A stretch of DNA of 64,000 bases, taken from the IMG/VR virus record IMGVR_UViG_3300044712_000833, positions 1-64,000 of that record; one strand, written 5' to 3'. Origin of the DNA: a virus. Position numbers and translations under genes: made by a program. The notes beneath the pieces are model-generated. The model saw only the letters and a program-made list of their open reading frames with translations, did no database searches and was not told the DNA's origin. Numbering within the stretch: the first letter of the stretch is position 1; the number at the start of each line of letters is the position of its first letter. Shown here one piece after another: positions 57,918 through 64,000 of this stretch.

Positions 57918-58802
57918 TTATTGGATTGTTAGAACTTTTTTAAACATGGTATCAATGTTGTCAGCGATAGGGTATCTCTCCATACAAGTTGAACTTTTTG
58001 AAAATTCTCTGGTGACTAAATCGACGTACATTGTGTATTTACCATCATCACCCATGTAAAACTCTTCCCAATATTGATTAGGTAATTTAGATTTCATGTT
58101 TAATTGATTCAAAGCCAAGTTATCAAAACTAATAATAGGAAAGCCCTTTGATAGAATCATTATGTTTTCAGATAACTCGCTCATGTTTTTCTCTACGGAA
58201 GGAGAGTAAAATTTTAGCCCTCTTCTAAGATGTTTATATCCCAAAACTAAAATCTTAATTCCTTTATTTGATAATTTTTTGTAATGATCCAAACTGGTGA
58301 CTCCGTTTATTGTATGAATAATGGCGTTTTCATATTTATCAATAAGTGAAATAAAGTTATCGCTTGGTTTTATCATGGAAACACCTATTCCATGAGCTAA
58401 CCCTTTTGAGACAATATCTTTAATTAGAAGCTGTTTTCTTTCAAAATGAATTTGGTTTATTGTTAAATTAGCAATGATATTTCGTTCTTTTAGTTTATAG
58501 AGGAACGGTATTAGAAATGGGTGATCTAACGGATTACCTCCGCCAATTGCTAATTCGGTAAACGGACTCAGTGTATTAATAAAATCTACATTTAAGTCCC
58601 CATGTAATCCTAACTTGATTGAGTCCTCATGACAATACAAACATCCAGCATCACAATAATTTGTTATTTTTAAATCAATGTTTTCTGGAAAAGATGGCGT
58701 TAAATTATCAAGATCATTTTCTCTAATCTTTGTTCCATCTGAATAAAGTGAAACAGTATAGTTACCGTTTTTATAAGACCCAAGCAAGTTAGTTTTTTTC
58801 AT
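57918..58802 (-). CDS. radical SAM enzyme
   Basis: CDAGCLYC (CxxxCxxC), GGGNP, TIN. Confidence 0.9.
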   Translation of the reverse strand: MKKTNLLGSYKNGNYTVSLYSDGTKIRENDLDNLTPSFPENIDLKITNYCDAGCLYCHEDSIKLGLHGDLNVDFINTLSPFTELAIGGGNPLDHPFLIPFLYKLKERNIIANLTINQIHFERKQLLIKDIVSKGLAHGIGVSMIKPSDNFISLIDKYENAIIHTINGVTSLDHYKKLSNKGIKILVLGYKHLRRGLKFYSPSVEKNMSELSENIMILSKGFPIISFDNLALNQLNMKSKLPNQYWEEFYMGDDGKYTMYVDLVTREFSKSSTCMERYPIADNIDTMFKKVLTIQ

Positions 58803-58808
58803 TATTTA

Positions 58809-59135
58809 TTATCCATCGTATCCATAATAACCGAATGCTACAATTTCGTCTCCAGAAGGAGTTTTGTGAACCTGTTCAAAAGTTTCCATGTCTCTATCAA
58901 AAAAATCACTATAGGTCATTCTTTCTTCCGAAATAAGTTCCTCAATATCTCCATCATGCCATTTTTTGATTGATTCTGAGTGGTCTTTTTCTACTTGTTC
59001 TTTTGTTTTTAGTTTCTCGTCATCAAGTAGAAGTTCTCCGCTTTTCCACTTTTCAAATTCTTTTTTAGACACAATTACAAGAGTGTGAGTACTTGAAGAG
59101 TTTGTTTCAAAAGTCCCAATTCTAATCTGCTTCAT
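58809..59135 (-). CDS. FETNSSSTH-motif protein 1
   Basis: MKQIRIGTFETNSSSTHTL. Confidence 0.75.
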   Translation of the reverse strand: MKQIRIGTFETNSSSTHTLVIVSKKEFEKWKSGELLLDDEKLKTKEQVEKDHSESIKKWHDGDIEELISEERMTYSDFFDRDMETFEQVHKTPSGDEIVAFGYYGYDG

Positions 59136-59147
59136 TTAATTCTCCTT

Positions 59148-59690
59148 TTAATGATTATCGTTATCTACAGCAATAAAATACTTTTCTGTAAATATTAGTT
59201 CTTTTATAAATTCTTTAAACGACTTTTCATTCATTGAAAAAATATCATTTCCAGATTTATAAAAAATATTTGGCTCTAATGATTGATGGTCGATATACCC
59301 AAAATCATAATATCCGACATTCTTTTCTAATTCAATCTTCTTTCCAGAAATATTGAGTACAACATCGTCTATCCAAATGAAGTATTTAGAATTTAAAATC
59401 GCTTTAAGTTTTGCATCTGAATATTCTTTTTCCAATTCTTCTCTTTTTGGATCATCCCATGCAGGAATACGAATCGCCTTTACTCCATCGTCTTCATATT
59501 GAATTAGGGTAATTAAATATGAGATTTTATCTTCGGGGGACTTTAGTTCTTCATATCCCCAACCATATTCTCCAAAACCAATATTTTCAAAAACAATATT
59601 TCTTTTAATGTTCAATAGCGAATTCGTCAAAACCAAGCTATGTGTGCTGGACGAATTGGTTTCAAAAGTTCCGTGTCTTATTTGTTTCAT
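59148..59690 (-). CDS. FETNSSSTH-motif protein 2
   Basis: MKQIRHGTFETNSSSTHSL; GYIDHQS. Confidence 0.75.
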   Translation of the reverse strand: MKQIRHGTFETNSSSTHSLVLTNSLLNIKRNIVFENIGFGEYGWGYEELKSPEDKISYLITLIQYEDDGVKAIRIPAWDDPKREELEKEYSDAKLKAILNSKYFIWIDDVVLNISGKKIELEKNVGYYDFGYIDHQSLEPNIFYKSGNDIFSMNEKSFKEFIKELIFTEKYFIAVDNDNH

Positions 59691-59725
59691 TTTTTTTATT
59701 TTCCTTTATAAAATGCGCCTTTTAT

Positions 59726-60439
59726 TTATATTCCATATTCTTCAAATAAATCCCTTTGAGGGGCAAAGTCAATTCCGAATATCTGCTTTTCAAGTGAAAG
59801 TCTTTCAATTACGGCTTCTCTGAATTCTTTATGCCTTTTCCCGGAATTTTTCCCTTGAATAGAGACTCTCCATGTATTGTTTTCAGACCTATGAACGCCA
59901 ATAATTCCTGTTTTATTGTTTTTTGATATACTTACGTTTCTGGCATTTTCTTCTCTTGTAACGAGTCTGAGATTTTCTTTTCTGTTATCTAACCTATTTC
60001 TATTTATATGATCTACTATTTCTCCCTCCTTTGCTCCGATTATAATCCTATGAAGTCTTACTTTTTTAAAATTATTTTCCGTGTCATGAGAAACAGCATA
60101 ACCATCGTCAAGCGTCCATTTATATCGTTTTATTTTTTCATAATCGGAAGAATCTATCAAAAACCCATCGGTTTCAGATAAAATTCCTAGCGTAGTTTCT
60201 TCATCTATCATGATGTATTCGTTGTATTTTTTACTTAACTTTGATGTGGTTTCTGGAATTAAATGACCGCAAGACTTAGTATGACCTCTGACTAGAGAAT
60301 TTGATTTTACAAAACAAGTTTTTCCACAAGAACATAAGCATTCCCATTCAATGTGTTTTCCGCTTTCACCTCTCTTTGATATTCTGACTACTTTCAATTC
60401 TCCGAATATTTTATTTGACAAATCATTGTATTTTTTCAT
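59726..60439 (-). CDS. HNH homing endonuclease with Zn repeat and AP2-like C-terminus
   Basis: LHR...VDHINRNRLDNRKENLR...N; WECLCSCG..SCG. Confidence 0.85.
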   Translation of the reverse strand: MKKYNDLSNKIFGELKVVRISKRGESGKHIEWECLCSCGKTCFVKSNSLVRGHTKSCGHLIPETTSKLSKKYNEYIMIDEETTLGILSETDGFLIDSSDYEKIKRYKWTLDDGYAVSHDTENNFKKVRLHRIIIGAKEGEIVDHINRNRLDNRKENLRLVTREENARNVSISKNNKTGIIGVHRSENNTWRVSIQGKNSGKRHKEFREAVIERLSLEKQIFGIDFAPQRDLFEEYGI

Positions 60440-60446
60440 AATTGTT

Positions 60447-60475
60447 ATGATACCACAAAACCCTTGATTTGTCAA
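60447..60475 (-). promoter_or_regulatory. promoter giving a probably leaderless HNH mRNA
   Basis: TTGACA-N17-TATCAT with TG; ATG 8 nt downstream. Confidence 0.7.
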
Positions 60476-60478
60476 GGG

Positions 60479-60943
60479 TTAAGTATAAGTCAATATTCTT
60501 TTGAACCGAAATGTTCCTCTACCATATTCTTTGGCTGTTTTATTTACCACATATCTAATGTAATATTTTTTCCAAAACCACATTTTAGAAACGTCGAGAG
60601 CAAACCTCAATTCAGGAGTCGTTCTAAACTCCACTATGGTTTTGTCTTCTTCGGTCTTCCCTTTTTGATAATCTACCAAATAATCGCCCTCATTATCGCT
60701 AAACAGATATTCGGGGTAAGGGACTCCGAATAATAAATAAAATGCTTCTTTTATAAATATTGAAACTTTATTGTTTACTAAAAAGTTTTCAATTTTATTC
60801 CAAAAGTTCACGAAAGAAATTATTTTCTTTTCTGTAACCTTCAATTCTTCTTCAGATTTGAATTTGAATCCCTTTAGTTTTTTATCTTCATTTACTGCTT
60901 TTATAATCCCCATTACGATTTGAACATGATTGTTACTTAGCAT
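60479..60943 (-). CDS. hypothetical protein
   Basis: ORF in operon. Confidence 0.6.
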   Translation of the reverse strand: MLSNNHVQIVMGIIKAVNEDKKLKGFKFKSEEELKVTEKKIISFVNFWNKIENFLVNNKVSIFIKEAFYLLFGVPYPEYLFSDNEGDYLVDYQKGKTEEDKTIVEFRTTPELRFALDVSKMWFWKKYYIRYVVNKTAKEYGRGTFRFKRILTYT

Positions 60944-61355
60944 ACTTCTCCCTGCTTATTTCAGTGAGTACGTCACTGTAAGAATAATTTATTTCTTCTA
61001 AAATATCGACTCGATTTTTCAAGTCGGCATTGTTTAATACAAACATCTTTTCAGAACTAAGCTCGTCCCTAGCTTTTTTCAAAACCTGTTCCCAAGTCTT
61101 TTTCACTTCTAAAGGAACAATGCCATATTCTACATAACCTGCTTTATCAAACAACTTAGTAGCAAAGTCTAGAGCGTCCAATTTGCTTTCAAATTTCTTA
61201 GATTTGTTAAAATATTCAAAAACTCTGGCAGAAACCATTTCTCCAGAGTGATTAGTATCCAAATAAGACCAAAATAAATTATCAATCGCAAACGCTTCAG
61301 TTACTCTAAATTGATCTTTCAATTCTAAAATTAATATAGCATTATCCGCTGACAT
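60933..61355 (-). CDS. hypothetical protein
   Basis: MSADNAI...EYGI. Confidence 0.6.
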   Translation of the reverse strand: MSADNAILILELKDQFRVTEAFAIDNLFWSYLDTNHSGEMVSARVFEYFNKSKKFESKLDALDFATKLFDKAGYVEYGIVPLEVKKTWEQVLKKARDELSSEKMFVLNNADLKNRVDILEEINYSYSDVLTEISREKYAK

Positions 61356-61623
61356 CGTTTTCCTTTGGTTCCTTTGCAAATTTTGTTTGAGTTTCTTTCC
61401 ACTTTATAGATATTCCATTGCTGAAAATCAAATCGTCAAATTCTTTCTTTGTTCCTCTATTTGCAGAATCATAAATTGTGTCACTTAATTTTTCTAGAAC
61501 AGTCTTGTCTTCCAATTTGGATTTCAATAATTTTTCATATCTTCTAACTTCTTCTTGTGCTTGAGAAGCAACCATATAATAGGACAATATTAGATAATAT
61601 TCATCTGGCTCCAATAATTGCAT
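61342..61623 (-). CDS. hypothetical protein
   Basis: SD GGAGG. Confidence 0.6.
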   Translation of the reverse strand: MQLLEPDEYYLILSYYMVASQAQEEVRRYEKLLKSKLEDKTVLEKLSDTIYDSANRGTKKEFDDLIFSNGISIKWKETQTKFAKEPKENDVSG

Positions 61624-61820
61624 TAATTAAATCCTCCTTCTGCATAGTATAGATTATTGTAATATTGTGTCAAAACACCTTTTTTATAATTTCCATCCTC
61701 ATAGCATAAATAAATTCTATAAGAAAGTTGAATTTCCCACTCTCTTTTTATTCCCATTGCTAAACAAAGAGTTCTATACTCCATGTAAGAAAACGGCTCT
61801 TTAAAATTTCCAGTATTCAT
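61623..61820 (-). CDS. hypothetical protein
   Basis: coupled ORF. Confidence 0.55.
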   Translation of the reverse strand: MNTGNFKEPFSYMEYRTLCLAMGIKREWEIQLSYRIYLCYEDGNYKKGVLTQYYNNLYYAEGGFN

Positions 61821-62803
61821 TTATTTTTCCTCAAAATGCTTTCTACATATTTAATCGCTTGTTCTGTAGTTTTTATTTCTCTTAAATCTACTTCAATGTA
61901 AATTCCATGTTTACGAGCAAATCTGCGCTTGAGTCTATCTTTGTGTTTTTGGTATTCAAACTCTTCTTCGGGAAATGTTTTATTTTTCTTGGATTGTCTC
62001 TTGTGCCAGTCATGAATCTTGTAATGATGTTCTCCGTGAATCTCTATATAAACTCCATTTAAGTTTAAATTCTTTCCTCCAAAAACATAAATATCAAAGG
62101 GCAAAGGGAAATTAGTTTCAGGATTTATAAATATTGGATATTCTTTTTCTCCATGATATTTACTAAGAATATAATTTTTTAATTCGGTGGCTACCTTTGA
62201 TTCGCGTTGTTTCATGGAACAAATTCCACATCCTTTTCCACTTGTTCTGTGATTTATTGAAGAAAGATATTCGTGTCCGAATTGACACAACCACCAAACT
62301 TTTATTCCTTCTCCATAAGTGACATCTCTTGGAGTTAAATTTCCGTTTTTAGTTGAATGCCACTCTTTCGCTATGTCTGGTCTTTGAGAGGCGAGATTGT
62401 GATATACCCCAACTTGTTTTCCATCGCAAATTCCACAACCAATTTTGTGAAATATATTATTCCAACTCATGTTTGGATAATCTTTGCATTTATTACAATA
62501 TAAATTTAATTTTGAAAAACTCCCTTTATATTCATTGTCTTTTGATAATTTAAATTGGCTATTATTTAGATTTAACCATAAGGATATATTCTCTAAAGAA
62601 AAAGGATTTGATTTATCCACAAAATAAGGAGAATGACCTCTAATTAAGTTATGTAAATAAACATCATACTTATATCCTATTTTATCTTTAAAAACAACTT
62701 TTATTCTATTTTTATTTTCAATATAATTATCAATATAAATATATCCACAACTTTCTACCTCCATTTTTATCTTATCTTTTGTTTTTACAACCTCATTTTT
62801 CAT
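61817..62803 (-). CDS. free-standing Zn-finger plus Vsr-like endonuclease, close paralog of 23354..24337
   Basis: shared FVDKSNPFSLENISLWL, HNLA.QRPDIAKEWH, IEIHGE.HY. Confidence 0.8.
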   Translation of the reverse strand: MKNEVVKTKDKIKMEVESCGYIYIDNYIENKNRIKVVFKDKIGYKYDVYLHNLIRGHSPYFVDKSNPFSLENISLWLNLNNSQFKLSKDNEYKGSFSKLNLYCNKCKDYPNMSWNNIFHKIGCGICDGKQVGVYHNLASQRPDIAKEWHSTKNGNLTPRDVTYGEGIKVWWLCQFGHEYLSSINHRTSGKGCGICSMKQRESKVATELKNYILSKYHGEKEYPIFINPETNFPLPFDIYVFGGKNLNLNGVYIEIHGEHHYKIHDWHKRQSKKNKTFPEEEFEYQKHKDRLKRRFARKHGIYIEVDLREIKTTEQAIKYVESILRKNK

Positions 62804-62853
62804 TTTATTTTTCCTGATAAAAGTAATATTTTATTAATAAAGCAATGATTTTA

Positions 62854-63081
62854 TTATTCTTTTTCCCAATCATCACAGGTAAATTCTGCCATTAGGATAC
62901 CCTCGTCTTTATGAGCAATTGGAAAATCGTGTTTTTTACAAATATACCCTTTCAAATCATAAATAGAATGTTGACAAAAAAGACATATTTTAGCGTCCTC
63001 TACCCTCTTAAAAGACGGAACTTTCTTTCCTAATTCCATTGTCTGAAAAGGTCGAATTGGATAAGCATCTTTTATTTCCAT
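62854..63081 (-). CDS. small Cys-rich protein
   Basis: CLFC..C..H...CD.W. Confidence 0.55.
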   Translation of the reverse strand: MEIKDAYPIRPFQTMELGKKVPSFKRVEDAKICLFCQHSIYDLKGYICKKHDFPIAHKDEGILMAEFTCDDWEKE

Positions 63082-63085
63082 GTTA

Positions 63086-63289
63086 TTATCCTTTCGGTAA
63101 CATTTCCCATATGAATTTTGTGAAATCCATATCAACGATTGAAATTCCTTCTTGAATATCCCATAAGGAAACTGGAGAATTTAAATCTAATTTTCCTTCT
63201 ATAACAATAGTTCTTCCATATTCAGGGCTTTCATAAATAATTCCTAAAGCCACATCTCCGTTTACTATAACGTATTTTACTTTATTCAT
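63086..63289 (-). CDS. hypothetical protein
   Basis: ORF in array. Confidence 0.55.
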   Translation of the reverse strand: MNKVKYVIVNGDVALGIIYESPEYGRTIVIEGKLDLNSPVSLWDIQEGISIVDMDFTKFIWEMLPKG

Positions 63290-63317
63290 ATTATCCGTTA
63301 TAAAATCGGAATTTTAT

Positions 63318-63500
63318 TTATATAAATTTGTGGTATTTGCACTTGGGACAGTAATTATAATAAGATGTTACTTTTATATAATTGCCATTCCAATCAATGA
63401 GATTCAATCCCATAAGTTTTCCGAGAACCATGTTTTTGCTTTCACATATGGGACATAATTCATTATCTAATAATATAATATATTCCACGTTTTGATTCAT
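63318..63500 (-). CDS. small Zn-ribbon protein
   Basis: CPIC...CPKC. Confidence 0.55.
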   Translation of the reverse strand: MNQNVEYIILLDNELCPICESKNMVLGKLMGLNLIDWNGNYIKVTSYYNYCPKCKYHKFI

Positions 63501-63502
63501 GT

Positions 63503-63868
63503 TTATTCAATTATCTCAACAAGACTGTCATCGTCAATTAACTTTCTCATAGCAATCCATGTAAACTGAGGATATTCCATTTCCACAGGATATTGATACA
63601 TAACAACAACACAATTATTACAATCAATCTCTCCCCAATTATTTTCCACATCTTGTCGTCCAACCACTATTCCACTAAAAATATCTTTCTTGTGGTCTTT
63701 TATTTCTTCTCCTTCATCTTTAAAGAACTTTAAGTCTTCTTCAAAATACCAATATACTCTTTTTCCAGAAGTTAAAGAACAGTGTATTTTATCATAATTG
63801 TTTAAATTTCTAGGAATATTTTCATTGTCTAAATCTAATTGAAGATGATATAAATATGTTTTCCTCAT
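63503..63868 (-). CDS. hypothetical protein
   Basis: SD GAGGAG. Confidence 0.6.
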   Translation of the reverse strand: MRKTYLYHLQLDLDNENIPRNLNNYDKIHCSLTSGKRVYWYFEEDLKFFKDEGEEIKDHKKDIFSGIVVGRQDVENNWGEIDCNNCVVVMYQYPVEMEYPQFTWIAMRKLIDDDSLVEIIE

Positions 63869-64000
63869 TATAAATTAAAACTCCTCTGGAAAAATTTTCT
63901 TATAATATTCTTGAAGAAGATATTCCTCTGTTAAATAGTGAGTTCCACAAATTGAACATTCCATGCAACCGCATTCGTCACAGATATATAATTTATTATT

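Larger units (their letters stand above)
52859..63317. repeat. dispersed ATAAAA-N6-TTTTAT palindromes at gene boundaries
   Basis: exact at 52859, 56852, 57020, 57339, 59708, 62817, 63300; 1 mismatch at 57904, 62837; also exact at 14419, 21551, 36115. Confidence 0.8.

Noticed and set aside
3920-62553. Short opposite-strand or nested ORFs in the track (e.g. 15041..15469, 27187..27549, 36050..36430)
   Set aside because: Shadows of longer motif-bearing genes; no SD or recognisable domains.
1-64000. CRISPR array
   Set aside because: No regularly spaced 25-40 bp direct repeats seen.
1-64000. Stop-codon reassignment
   Set aside because: Genes are full length in code 11; TAG and TGA end genes at sensible points; no suppressor tRNA.

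Overview
AT-rich 64 kb segment of a large tailed phage with SPbeta-like gene order. The + strand (1-52.8 kb) carries small early genes, a ~0.9 kb non-coding stretch with a large inverted repeat, a YonO-type single-subunit RNA polymerase, HU, an exonuclease, a beta-helix/GH25/SH3 cell-wall cluster and two tRNAs. It continues with a terminase split by a group I intron (HNH inside), portal, protease/scaffold, capsid, tail genes, RuvC, a tyrosine recombinase, tape measure and fibre genes. The - strand (52.9-64 kb) carries dUTPase, a deaminase, a probable class II RNR, ThyX, a radical SAM cluster and small genes. The most striking unexplained signal is a five-copy, covarying ~55-65 nt three-helix leader RNA. 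Four copies sit behind a sigma70-type promoter. In four copies the loop is complementary to both an upstream site and the Shine-Dalgarno of the next gene. Three copies lead Zn-finger/Vsr-like endonucleases, one is a nuclease-deleted relic, and one precedes the putative small terminase. A second signal is an 18-bp ATAAAA-N6-TTTTAT palindrome at about 11 gene boundaries. Other points of interest: a radical SAM gene beside two FETNSSSTH paralogs, an Acb2/Tad1-like protein, a ferritin in the head module and a PHP-domain protein ending the tail module. All calls are from reading motifs by eye; no searches were run.
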